Shown: positions 28,141 through 38,042 of the stretch, piece by piece
How the letters are laid out: each line of letters begins with the position of its first letter
Numbering within the stretch: position 1 is the stretch's first letter
NCBI GenBank assembly: GCA_002418685.1
Contig: DIEP01000018.1
Coordinates: 1-41,050 of the forward strand
DNA: 41,050 bases
Direction of reading: 5' to 3'
DNA from: Ignavibacteria bacterium UBA5771
Lineage (GTDB): Bacteria; Bacteroidota; Ignavibacteria; Kapaibacteriales; UBA2268
Made by a program: the position numbers and the translations under genes
Notes under the pieces: model-generated
Databases searched by the model: none
What the model saw: the letters and a program-made list of their open reading frames with translations, nothing else
What the model was told of the DNA's origin: nothing

Positions 28141-30567
28141 TTGAAAAGAAATCAAAAGATATTTTTATTTACTTTTTTTATTTTATTAGGAAATGCTTTT
28201 GCACAGAATCCTGATGAAATGCAAATTCCTCCATTAGATTCAATCTCCCGGCATAGACTGGAATTGAAAAATCCCGAAGGGACAGAATTCTGGCTTACTT
28301 TTATGAAAAATTACACTTCAATTGATAGTAAGCCTGCCCCGATTTTACTCGAACTTTTTATCACATCTGAGCAAGATGCAAATGTATCTGTTGAAATAAA
28401 AGCATTAAATTTTCAAAAAAATATCAAAATTAATGGCAAAACTGTCCAAAGTATAAAATTAGACACACTAGCGCAAATTGTAAGTTCTGAAATTATTGAA
28501 CCTTTGATGTCAGTGCATATTACTTCTGATTATCCAATTTCCGTTTATGGATTGAATCGACGTTATCAAACAACTGATACATATATTGGCTTGCCAACGC
28601 GAGTACTTGGCACATCTTATCGAGCAATGACTTACACCATGTCCGCTCCATTAGTTCCTGAATTGGCAATCGTTGGGACTGAAAATAACACTTACGTCAC
28701 AATTACACCAACTGTCGAAACTTATGCGGGTCATCCTGCAAAAATACCTTTCAGAGTAACGTTAAATAAAGGCGACGTTTATCAAGTATTTGCAAAGGAA
28801 GACTTGCGAGCAGGAGCCAATGTGGATTTAACAGGAACGCTTATTACCGCAAATAATCCAATTTCGGTTTTTACGGGTCATCAATGTGCTTATGTTCCCA
28901 GCAGGCAACCTCCAATCACAGCTTGCAATCATTTGGTGGAGCAGATGCCACCAATATCTTCTTGGGGCAAGCATTATTTTATTGCAAAATTAAAGAATCG
29001 CTCGTTTTATACTTGGCGTATACTTGCAAACGAGGATTCAACGAAAGTATTTATTAATTCTCAATTGGTGGGTATGTTAAAAGCCGGGGATTGGTTCGAA
29101 GGCAATTCAAACGAGAACATTCAAATTCGTTCAGATAAACCTGTGCTTGTTGCTCAATTTTCTCAAGGTTTTAAAAATGGCGATAATATTGGTGATCCAA
29201 TGATGATATTGATCAGCCCTACGCAACAATTTCTGGAACGCTACAGGTTCGCGACACCAATCAATGGTGAATGGAACCATTATGTTACTGTCGTTATCCC
29301 TACTCGTGCCTTGAACACTTTGATGCTTGATAAAATCAAAGCACCAACTTATGATTTCGAGCAAATCGGTATCACTCGCTACTCAATTGGCTCCATCCAA
29401 ATTGAATATGGAACTCACTCTCTCGAAGCTGCGATGCCTTTCGGTATGTATTCCTACGGGTTTGGTTATGGCAATGATTCTTACGATGCCTATGGAAATA
29501 TGGGTGGGCAATCTTTTGTGGATTATGAACCTGCGAACGATACTATTGCACCGGGTATAGAATTTTTATCGCAAGATGATCAACTCCGAGTTATTATTAG
29601 AGATGATAGAGAATTTGATACAGGTATTAATAAAATTACTTTTCCTGAAAATACGAATCTATCTTATGCAATCCCTAAATATAGCGGAGGGGTACCTCAA
29701 TTAGAATTTATGATTACTCCCTCAACTTATAATAGTGGCAGAGCAATTCTTGAAATAACTGATTTAGCAGGAAATAAAAACACACAAACTATTTGCTATT
29801 CTATAAATTCCTCGACGGGCAAATTTGAATTTAACACATCCCAAGGTATCCAAAAAACATGCGAAGCTTATGAAAGTACTCAGATTGGAATGTTCCTTAA
29901 TCTTGGATATTTCATGCATTCACTAAATTTTATAAATTCGGGTAATATCAATTCATCAAATTTTAGCACAGCAAGGGAACTTGGCGAGTTTCAAGATGCA
30001 AGTGCCGTGGGGGTATCTTTTGGAGTTCTTGCAAGCCATAAGATTATCAATAAATTATATGGAACTGCAAAAATCACATTTGAAACATTAAAGGGCAAAT
30101 TCGAAGCACCCGATCAATCGATTGCTCATTATCGCGACCCCATCACAAATCAATTAGTGCCATTTCAAGAAGGAAGAATGCTGGAATTGAGCGGATTGAA
30201 TATGAATTTGTATCTGCAAGCAGAATATTATTTCATTCCGATGTTTTACGGATTGGGCGGCATTTCCACGTATTATTATTTATCAAAAAGTATAGATTAT
30301 ACATCTAAAATATTGACGCCTAATTATTTGGAATATACTCCATCGCAAATTGAGGAAATGAATGCAAGAATGCCCAAAAAATTAAATTCATTAAGTAGCT
30401 TCAATCTCAGTGGTTATGTCGGGGCTGGCTTCTCTTATCCAATTCGATATAATTTCAAAGCATTTCTCGAAGCATATTATCAGGACTATTTCTTTAATTT
30501 AATTGATGATGGCGATTGGGGACTTTCAAAAATCTCGCTATTGCTCGGTATAAAATATTATTTATAA
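28141..30567 (+). CDS. Large secreted protein: IgGFc-binding-like N-terminal region, Ig-like middle, predicted C-terminal outer-membrane beta-barrel
   Basis: TTG start gives the signal peptide MKRNQKIFLFTFFILLGNAFA. GTEFWLTFMKNY ... ISVYGLNRRYQTTDTYIGLPTRVLGTSY. The last ~235 aa show alternating-hydrophobic strands ending LLLGIKYYL. Confidence 0.5.
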   Translation: MKRNQKIFLFTFFILLGNAFAQNPDEMQIPPLDSISRHRLELKNPEGTEFWLTFMKNYTSIDSKPAPILLELFITSEQDANVSVEIKALNFQKNIKINGKTVQSIKLDTLAQIVSSEIIEPLMSVHITSDYPISVYGLNRRYQTTDTYIGLPTRVLGTSYRAMTYTMSAPLVPELAIVGTENNTYVTITPTVETYAGHPAKIPFRVTLNKGDVYQVFAKEDLRAGANVDLTGTLITANNPISVFTGHQCAYVPSRQPPITACNHLVEQMPPISSWGKHYFIAKLKNRSFYTWRILANEDSTKVFINSQLVGMLKAGDWFEGNSNENIQIRSDKPVLVAQFSQGFKNGDNIGDPMMILISPTQQFLERYRFATPINGEWNHYVTVVIPTRALNTLMLDKIKAPTYDFEQIGITRYSIGSIQIEYGTHSLEAAMPFGMYSYGFGYGNDSYDAYGNMGGQSFVDYEPANDTIAPGIEFLSQDDQLRVIIRDDREFDTGINKITFPENTNLSYAIPKYSGGVPQLEFMITPSTYNSGRAILEITDLAGNKNTQTICYSINSSTGKFEFNTSQGIQKTCEAYESTQIGMFLNLGYFMHSLNFINSGNINSSNFSTARELGEFQDASAVGVSFGVLASHKIINKLYGTAKITFETLKGKFEAPDQSIAHYRDPITNQLVPFQEGRMLELSGLNMNLYLQAEYYFIPMFYGLGGISTYYYLSKSIDYTSKILTPNYLEYTPSQIEEMNARMPKKLNSLSSFNLSGYVGAGFSYPIRYNFKAFLEAYYQDYFFNLIDDGDWGLSKISLLLGIKYYL

Positions 30568-30702
30568 TATTGATTGGTTAAAAGAAGCATCAAGAGAAAA
30601 GCTATTGGTAATAAATGATTATTACTTTTCTTTTATAGCCTGCGAATTCCATAGGCAATGACCAACCAAGTGCTTTCGTAATTCACAATATAAGACTGTC
30701 TT

Positions 30703-31977
30703 TCAAATTCTATTCTGTAGGATTTGAACTTCTGAAAATTTATTGTCAGCAAATATATTGCTTGCCCAATCTAAGAATTCCGCATAATCGATTGCATCCA
30801 AATTTTTCTGGAAATCCCTATCGAACTCGAAATTGCCATCCAATTGATATAAACGTATATTATTCAGCATCCGCTCATAACTTGATTCTGATTTGTAGAT
30901 ATTTTGAGCTAATAGTGCATTCTTGCTGATTGCGAAAAGTTGCTTCGATATTTTTTTATTTGTGATTTTTTCAAATATTTCATTAAGCAAATCTTTGGTC
31001 TTGGAAATTGCCTTTTTATCTGTTGCAAAATATATTTCAATTAAGTTAGTATCTGTAAAATGTTCGACCAATGAGAACGCTGAATAAGATATTGCCTGCT
31101 TTTCACGGATATTCTGATTGATAAATGAACTTGGTCCTTCTCCAAGTATATAATTCAATAATTTCAATTTCAGTACAAAATCGGAGTCAATATTATCAAA
31201 ACGCTTCAATAATAATATGTGCGATTGCTCAATTTTCCTATTAATGATCAACTTATCAATCGTATTATTAGGTAGGGGAGTTCTAACTTGTGCTGGAGTG
31301 TGATTGCCGAAATCTTTAAATAATTCAAACGCAAAATTGCGAACAAATTCAATAGGATGGCTGCCTGAATATGAAATAACTATATTATCAGAAGAATAAT
31401 AGCGCTTGAAAAATTCATAAATATCATTTTGATTAAAGTGGGAGACGCTTTTAACCGTTCCCGCAATTGGATTGCCTAATGTATGATGAGAAAAAACAAG
31501 ACTATTGCCCAAATCGAAAATATTCTCTTCGGGATCATCTTGATATGACTTGATTTCCTCTAAAATAATTTTTTGCTCCTTTTTGAAATCTCTCTCATCA
31601 AAAACCGGACACAGAAAAAAATCAGCCAATAATTTGAATACCTTTTTGAAATTATTATTTAAAGATTTAATAAAATAAACTGTATATTCGCTTTCAGTAA
31701 AGGCATTATTGATCGTTCCCGTTCGCTCGAATTCTTTGGAAGTTTGCGTTGACGTGCGGTGCAAATTTCTTCGGAATAGTTGATGTTCCAGAAAATGAGC
31801 TATACCGGGCTTTTCCAAAGGATCCTCGCGTGAACCTACCATTACGCCTATCCCAAGAGAAAATGATTTCAAACTTGGCACATAATCATAAATCAATTTA
31901 ATGTGATTAGGTAAATCAATTATTTGCAAATTGTCAGAATCAGACTCGCTTTGAACTGTAAATTTCGATTTGAGCAT
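30703..31977 (-). CDS. M16-family (pitrilysin/insulinase) zinc peptidase
   Basis: Inverted zinc motif HFLEH (HxxEH) in GIAHFLEHQLF. ~424 aa. The ATG at 31977 overlaps the upstream stop (TGATG). Confidence 0.8.
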   Translation of the reverse strand: MLKSKFTVQSESDSDNLQIIDLPNHIKLIYDYVPSLKSFSLGIGVMVGSREDPLEKPGIAHFLEHQLFRRNLHRTSTQTSKEFERTGTINNAFTESEYTVYFIKSLNNNFKKVFKLLADFFLCPVFDERDFKKEQKIILEEIKSYQDDPEENIFDLGNSLVFSHHTLGNPIAGTVKSVSHFNQNDIYEFFKRYYSSDNIVISYSGSHPIEFVRNFAFELFKDFGNHTPAQVRTPLPNNTIDKLIINRKIEQSHILLLKRFDNIDSDFVLKLKLLNYILGEGPSSFINQNIREKQAISYSAFSLVEHFTDTNLIEIYFATDKKAISKTKDLLNEIFEKITNKKISKQLFAISKNALLAQNIYKSESSYERMLNNIRLYQLDGNFEFDRDFQKNLDAIDYAEFLDWASNIFADNKFSEVQILQNRI

Positions 31978-33968
31978 CAATAATCCTGTATTATCATAGA
32001 TGAATAGCCGTCTTTATTCTTACTTGAACCTGCAAAAATGATTGTGTAGGACTTGCTTAATGTGAAGTTTAATGAAATTTTTGTTAATAATTTACTGGTT
32101 TCTGCATTATAAAAATAAAATGTTTTAAGCTTCTGCTGCACATCACTTGCAAAAGGTGAAACAGTTTTATAATTCAACACAGCAAGTGATGGCTGGAAAC
32201 TTGTATCCAAAGCCACGCCAACGCTTGACAAATCATTGCTTGCATTGACAAAACGATATTTATAATTGGTTACTTCAGGAGTGCGAATATCATCTTCAAT
32301 CAAAATATAATCAGGTGATTCCTTGCTTCCTGAGAATATAATGGTATAATGCTTCGCGGGGTCTGGATTTATGGAGATGTTCAAATTAGCTGAATTCACT
32401 GATGCATTTATTTGCGTGGGAGCAATGGGTAGCACGGACGCAAGTGAACTTGAATAATATAAAGTTCCCGACGGAATTTGTCCAGGAATTGAAAGTTTAA
32501 TGCTTTCTGTTCCTGAAATTGCTTGCAAAACTTGCAGAAATGAACAATTATCAAGGAATTGAACGGGTGCATTTTCTTGAGTATTATCAATCAGAGTAGT
32601 TTTCAGGTTATTTTGCGAGTCATTGAATACAATTAATAGATATGATTTATCTGCTTGAACATTTGCAAAGCCATTATAAATCAGAGAATAAGGTGTTCCC
32701 GCAGTAAATATTGAAAAGGGTAAAATTCCTGCATCAATTACCATCGGTTGGGAAACTTGCGAAAATGTGAGTGATTTCGCCAAATAACTTCCTGATGAAA
32801 ATCCAATAGCAGAAGCATCGCCACGTGAAGCAATTGATAAATCGAAAGAATTAAGCGATGTAGTTGCATTGATAACAGTAATAAGCGATTTCCCACTGAA
32901 ATTTACACTTGTAGGAGGTGGAATGACAATTGCATTATTTGCAAGTTTTGATGCTGAATCAAGTAAAATTATTGAATAATCTTTCAAAACATCGAAGGAA
33001 TATTTTAAAGAAGTTGAATAGCTTCCATTTTGGAAAAAATATACGCTATCAAGAGCAGCGCTTTTGCATGCACCCACTTGTGCATAATCGCCAATTGAAA
33101 GTGGTTGCAAATCATTGGCAATAACATCGCCTGGATCTTTGATGGCTGACACTTTGGATTGCGAAATATTAATTAAACGAATCCGCGAATATCTTTCAAT
33201 AACGGGGTTAGCAGGAGATAAAGCATCCGATTCAGATTTAAATTCATCCAGAAGCATTATCTTGGGATTGTTGTTTTCATCTTGAGTAACTATTACAGCA
33301 TATTGTCCCTTGCTGATTAAATTAATTGAGTATGTCCCGAGTATTGTTTCGCCATGAGGAGTGCGTCGGCTAATCGAGATGGGGACATTGCCCGTATTAA
33401 TCAACATTGGTTGAGTAATTTGCCTATAGAATACATTAGAAAATATCTGAGTTGCACTTGGGCATCCGATAGTCATTGCGAAACTTGATAAGCTATCAGG
33501 AAATGCGTTGAAAAGTTTAATATAGCAATCCTGTGTATTCGCGGGCATTCCAAGCGAAGTAGTCATAGTAATAAGCGTATCCACGCTCAGGTTGTTTGGA
33601 TTCCCTATGAATGAAGGCAATGCGAAGTATGAGTATGTTATATCCCTCTGGAAATGAGTCATTCTTGCAGGTGTGAATTCCTTTTTTCCATCTTTATAAA
33701 CTGACAAGTAGCCCGAGTCCGCAGGTGGATTAACAGCTCCAGAACTTGTATTAAACGCCACAGATTGAGCAATCACATTACCATCCAATTTAATACCCCT
33801 CAATTGAAAATCGCCTGCTAAATTTATAAATCTCACTTTGATATAATCCACATTTGACGGTGGATTTACAAGATTCGGGTTCTCATTGGCACAGGCTGAT
33901 AAAGCAACGGCAATTCCAATAACACAGAACAATTTGAAGCTAAATAGAGACCTAAACATTATTTTCAA
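31977..33968 (-). CDS. Repeat-rich lipoprotein (DUF4397-like repeats)
   Basis: Lipobox AVALSAC. Roughly six recurrences of a (V/I)R(F/L)(I/V)N-type strand (VRFINLAGD, IKLFNAFPD, IRLINISQS, ITVINATTS, YRFVNASND). The family assignment is tentative. Confidence 0.5.
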   Translation of the reverse strand: MKIMFRSLFSFKLFCVIGIAVALSACANENPNLVNPPSNVDYIKVRFINLAGDFQLRGIKLDGNVIAQSVAFNTSSGAVNPPADSGYLSVYKDGKKEFTPARMTHFQRDITYSYFALPSFIGNPNNLSVDTLITMTTSLGMPANTQDCYIKLFNAFPDSLSSFAMTIGCPSATQIFSNVFYRQITQPMLINTGNVPISISRRTPHGETILGTYSINLISKGQYAVIVTQDENNNPKIMLLDEFKSESDALSPANPVIERYSRIRLINISQSKVSAIKDPGDVIANDLQPLSIGDYAQVGACKSAALDSVYFFQNGSYSTSLKYSFDVLKDYSIILLDSASKLANNAIVIPPPTSVNFSGKSLITVINATTSLNSFDLSIASRGDASAIGFSSGSYLAKSLTFSQVSQPMVIDAGILPFSIFTAGTPYSLIYNGFANVQADKSYLLIVFNDSQNNLKTTLIDNTQENAPVQFLDNCSFLQVLQAISGTESIKLSIPGQIPSGTLYYSSSLASVLPIAPTQINASVNSANLNISINPDPAKHYTIIFSGSKESPDYILIEDDIRTPEVTNYKYRFVNASNDLSSVGVALDTSFQPSLAVLNYKTVSPFASDVQQKLKTFYFYNAETSKLLTKISLNFTLSKSYTIIFAGSSKNKDGYSSMIIQDY

Positions 33969-34182
33969 TAAATTAAAAAAGTTGAGACGTAATAAACATC
34001 AAAATTATGAATTTTCTTCTTTTTAAATAATTTTAAATAATTTTGTCGTTTTATACGTTATTAATAATCTTATAATTTTATTTTGAAATAAATTCAAATG
34101 TTTAATATAGATTTAATTGATTATAAAGGAGATAGATGCAGGAATGCACTGATATTATGTTCCACAAATAGTATAGAGCCTA

Positions 34183-34944
34183 ATGAATTTAAAAAAAATA
34201 TGGAAATTTCTTTGGAAATCCCGATTAGCCCATTCAATAATTATTCTTTTCATTTCAGTTCTTCTCTTTACAGAAGCAGAAGATACTTTGAACCAACCCC
34301 TCATTTTTGAAGCCAAGCCATCAGAAGACCTTAATCTGACCATCCGACAAAATTATATAGATAGTTTAAATCAAGTTAATTGTTTTTCACAAGAGGGTAT
34401 TGCTTCATATTATGGCAAACGATTCCACAATCGAAAAACTGCAAGCGGATTAAGATTTGATATGAATAAATTTACAGCAGCCCATCGAACGATTGATTTT
34501 GGTAACATCATAAGAATTACTAATCTAAAAAATGGGTCTTCAACTCTGGCGCTAATTAACGATAGAGGACCTTTTATACGAAAAAGAATTCTTGATTTAT
34601 CAAAAACATCTGCAAAACAAATTAACGGGTTAGGCATTCCAAAAGTCCAACTTGAAACTCTAACCCTCCCTGATAGTATTCCCGAAGACATTCAAAAATA
34701 TTTGTATTTGGCTTTTTCGATTAAAAGTGAACCGCGATTTGTTGATGATTCGCAAATCATGCTTTTACGCCAGTCAAATGATTTTTCGGAAATTGTTGAG
34801 CTCCTTCATTCTGCGACAGAGCTTGCTCCTAATGATGATTTTTACTTAATAGTCAGTGTAAACGATTATGGGAAATTATCAAGTGAAAATACCTATTGGT
34901 TGGGAACGCTAAGGCAAAATAAAATTATTGCTAACATATATTAA
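34183..34944 (+). CDS. rlpA: RlpA-family septal ring lytic transglycosylase (DPBB domain)
   Basis: GIASYYGKRFHNRKTASGLRFDMNKFTAAHRTIDFGNIIRITNLKNGSSTLALINDRGPF is the RlpA double-psi beta-barrel signature. N-terminal TM/signal segment. Confidence 0.8.
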   Translation: MNLKKIWKFLWKSRLAHSIIILFISVLLFTEAEDTLNQPLIFEAKPSEDLNLTIRQNYIDSLNQVNCFSQEGIASYYGKRFHNRKTASGLRFDMNKFTAAHRTIDFGNIIRITNLKNGSSTLALINDRGPFIRKRILDLSKTSAKQINGLGIPKVQLETLTLPDSIPEDIQKYLYLAFSIKSEPRFVDDSQIMLLRQSNDFSEIVELLHSATELAPNDDFYLIVSVNDYGKLSSENTYWLGTLRQNKIIANIY

Positions 34945-34982
34945 TATTCAATTAAATTTTTCTTTAACAATGCGAAAATTCT

Positions 34983-36122
34983 TTGCTTGATTCTATGCAT
35001 ATTTCACATCGAGTGATCAATTATATATCTATACTAATAATAAATTTAATTAGTTGTCTATTCTTTGTAAAGTATGCCACTCGCCTTTTTCATTCATATC
35101 AAATAGCTTTGATTTTAGCAATTCTGTTTAGTATCATTGTAATCTTATTATTATTCAAAATTGATTCAGTAAATATTCAAAAACTAAAGATTGACTATAA
35201 AAGACAATTCTTTATTATTGTTAGTATAATTACATTAGCAATGCTTATTTTAGTGATTGCAACCCCGGATACATCGCAAGTTGGTAGATTACCTGCTATC
35301 AATGAATGGCTTGCAAATTTATTATCGGGTAAATTCCCATACAATACTCCCGCGAATCCTTCAAGTTTCCCAATGATGTTCATAATTGCACTACCTTTCT
35401 ATCTTATTGGAGAATTGGGATTTATGGAAGTATTAGGATTTGTAATATTTGCGATTATAGTTTTTTATTATAGTATAACAATGAAAGATATTGTTATGAG
35501 ATTGTTTTTACTGCTAACTTTACCGATGTTTTATTATGAAATATTAGTTAGAAGTGAATTGTTTTTTAATGTAGTGTTAGTAATTTTAGCAGTCTTATTC
35601 ACTAAAAAGTATTTATTACAAAATAAAATCAATTTGCCATTTATTTTAACAGCAATATTATATGGTCTTTTACTTTCAACAAGATTGATTGCAGGAATTG
35701 TCATAGCTATTTTTATACTGTATTTCTTTCGTTCAAACTATCGGCAGATGATAATTTTCTCTGCAATTTGCATACTATCTTTTATAGCTACGATTGTTCC
35801 TTTTATTATTTGGGATACACAATATTTTCTTCACAAAGGACCTTTTTCAGTGCAATCTTTATATCTGCCCAAGATTGTGATACTGTTAGCACCACTTGTT
35901 ATAATCTTTTTTGTCAAATATTTGAGAAATATTCGGGATGTATTTTTTTATATTGGGGCAGTTCTTTTTGTATTAGTCGCAATATCTTTTTCCCTGCATT
36001 GTATCAATTATGGTTTTTATGAATCCATTTTTGAACGTTCTTCTTACTTTGACATAGGTTATTTTATATTTCCTATACCATTCTTTATTCTTTCTATAAA
36101 TAGTAAATTAAAGGTAAATTAA
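34983..36122 (+). CDS. Polytopic integral membrane protein (possibly GT-C-type glycosyltransferase)
   Basis: About 10 hydrophobic segments across 379 aa. No diagnostic motif recognised. TTG start at 34983, alternative ATG at 34995. Confidence 0.45.
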   Translation: MLDSMHISHRVINYISILIINLISCLFFVKYATRLFHSYQIALILAILFSIIVILLLFKIDSVNIQKLKIDYKRQFFIIVSIITLAMLILVIATPDTSQVGRLPAINEWLANLLSGKFPYNTPANPSSFPMMFIIALPFYLIGELGFMEVLGFVIFAIIVFYYSITMKDIVMRLFLLLTLPMFYYEILVRSELFFNVVLVILAVLFTKKYLLQNKINLPFILTAILYGLLLSTRLIAGIVIAIFILYFFRSNYRQMIIFSAICILSFIATIVPFIIWDTQYFLHKGPFSVQSLYLPKIVILLAPLVIIFFVKYLRNIRDVFFYIGAVLFVLVAISFSLHCINYGFYESIFERSSYFDIGYFIFPIPFFILSINSKLKVN

Positions 36123-36124
36123 AG

Positions 36125-36173
36125 AGATTGCTTTGCTCGGATACGAGTTTGCGATGACTAATTATTTGGATTT
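36125..36173. repeat. Single copy of the intergenic repeat (AGATTGC-N19-GCGATGAC plus tail TAATTATTTGGATTT)
   Basis: Same 7+19+8 spacing as 15379-15412. Lies between two convergent genes. Confidence 0.55.
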
Positions 36174-36197
36174 ATGGCAGAGATTGAAAGAGCAGTA

Positions 36198-38042
36198 CTA
36201 CTTCCCATTCTCGAATTGTAATTCATAAAGATAATTATAAGCGCCTTTGCTTGCAATCAATTGCCGATGAGAACCATGCTCAATTATCGTTCCATCTTTT
36301 ATCACGAATATCTCATCGGCATCGGTGATTGTGGAAAGCCGATGAGCAACAAGCACTGCTGTTTTATCTTTTAAAACGCGGTTAATTGCGTTCTGCACAA
36401 TCTTTTCTGATTCAGAATCGAGAGCAGACGTTGCTTCATCAAAAATTAGTATTTCGGGATTGCCCAATAATGCACGAGCTATGGCAATTCGTTGCCTCTC
36501 GCCACCCGAAAGTGTCATCCCTCTATCGCCAATATGAGTCTGGAAACCATTTTCCATTTGCATAATAAAATCATAAGCATTCGCGAGCTTCGAGACTTCT
36601 ACTACTGACTCAAAGCTAATATCATTGCGTCCTATGCGGATATTATTTTCAATAGTATCATTGAAAAGCATCGTTTCTTGCGATACTATGCCGAATAGCG
36701 AGCGGTAATCTTGAAGATTGAATTCGCGTATGTCTGTATTATCAATCGTAATATTGCCTTTTTGTGGGTCATAAAACCTGATTAATAAGTCAAGAATAGT
36801 AGATTTTCCACTTCCACTTCCACCCACTAATGCGATTTTTCTTCCCTTTTGAATTTCAAGATTGATATTTTTGAGGACTAACTCTTTATCATAAGCAAAT
36901 GATACATCATTGAAATTTATAGAGTGATTGAATGTGGGATTTCTCTTATTACCCGATTTGATTTTTTCTTCTTCATTTAGAATTTCAAAAATTCTTTCAG
37001 CAGCAACATATCCACGCGGAATTTGAGCAATGTTAGATAAAACGGTTGTCAATGGGGACATTATTGAAAATAGCGAAAAGAGGAACAACATCAAATCGTC
37101 AGCTGTCAATTGATTGTTTAATACTTTCGAGCCACCATAAAATAAAACAATGCAAAGCGCGAATACTGCAAAAATCTCATTGAAAGCAGGAATCAGAGTT
37201 ATTATGCGTTTATGTTTAATTGCTGCCTTGACATAATTCAGGGTGTCTTTGAAAAATTTAGAAATCGAATTATTTTCAGCATTATATGCTTTAATAATCT
37301 TAATTCCATAAAAAGTCTCTTGCATCGTTGATGTGTAATCAGCCATTGCAGATTGCATTCTTCCCGCATAACGGTTTAGAAATTTCCTGGTAACACGTAA
37401 TATTATCACTGCCACTATTGCCGTTGCAGATGTAATAAGTGTTAAATCCCACGAAATCGATAAAAGCAAAACAGCAAAAAGCAAAATTTGTATACCTTCT
37501 CGGATAATTGTCGAAAAGGCAGAAATTGTTGCATTGCTCAATGCTGTTGTTTCATTTGTTATAATTGAGATAAAATTGCCCTGCCTTTTCTGCGAATAAT
37601 ACCCAAGCGAAAAGGTAGTCAATTTCTCAAAAACTGCATCACGAATTAACTTTATAATCCCTTCTTCATACTTAACAGTTGTGATGCTACCTATATATTT
37701 GAAAAAATTTTTCAGTATAAAAGAAATAATTATCACAATGCTTAATTTCACAAGGCTTTGCATTGCATCGCCCTGTGAAATTACAAGATTTGTTATAAAA
37801 TTGAAAAATCCATTTTTAAAATTATCAAGGGGACTTGTAAGTGCATTTGTAGCAGTTGTTGCAACATTGCTTCCACCGAAAATAATTTGAAATACAGGTT
37901 TAATCAGCGTTATTGTAAATGTATTCAACAATGAAAAAATAATATTCATTGTTAAAGCTAACGCAATTAAACCCATAAATGGCTTTACAAAACGAAATGC
38001 TTGAAAATATAGAGATTTACCGCTTTGTGAATTTCTTGCCAC
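36198..38042 (-). CDS. ABC exporter, fused permease/ATPase (MsbA/lipid-exporter-like)
   Basis: Six-TM N-terminal half, Walker A GGSGSGKST, signature LSGGERQRIAIARAL, Walker B ILIFDEATSALD. GTG start overlaps the rsmI 3' end by 26 nt. Confidence 0.9.
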   Translation of the reverse strand: MARNSQSGKSLYFQAFRFVKPFMGLIALALTMNIIFSLLNTFTITLIKPVFQIIFGGSNVATTATNALTSPLDNFKNGFFNFITNLVISQGDAMQSLVKLSIVIIISFILKNFFKYIGSITTVKYEEGIIKLIRDAVFEKLTTFSLGYYSQKRQGNFISIITNETTALSNATISAFSTIIREGIQILLFAVLLLSISWDLTLITSATAIVAVIILRVTRKFLNRYAGRMQSAMADYTSTMQETFYGIKIIKAYNAENNSISKFFKDTLNYVKAAIKHKRIITLIPAFNEIFAVFALCIVLFYGGSKVLNNQLTADDLMLFLFSLFSIMSPLTTVLSNIAQIPRGYVAAERIFEILNEEEKIKSGNKRNPTFNHSINFNDVSFAYDKELVLKNINLEIQKGRKIALVGGSGSGKSTILDLLIRFYDPQKGNITIDNTDIREFNLQDYRSLFGIVSQETMLFNDTIENNIRIGRNDISFESVVEVSKLANAYDFIMQMENGFQTHIGDRGMTLSGGERQRIAIARALLGNPEILIFDEATSALDSESEKIVQNAINRVLKDKTAVLVAHRLSTITDADEIFVIKDGTIIEHGSHRQLIASKGAYNYLYELQFENGK

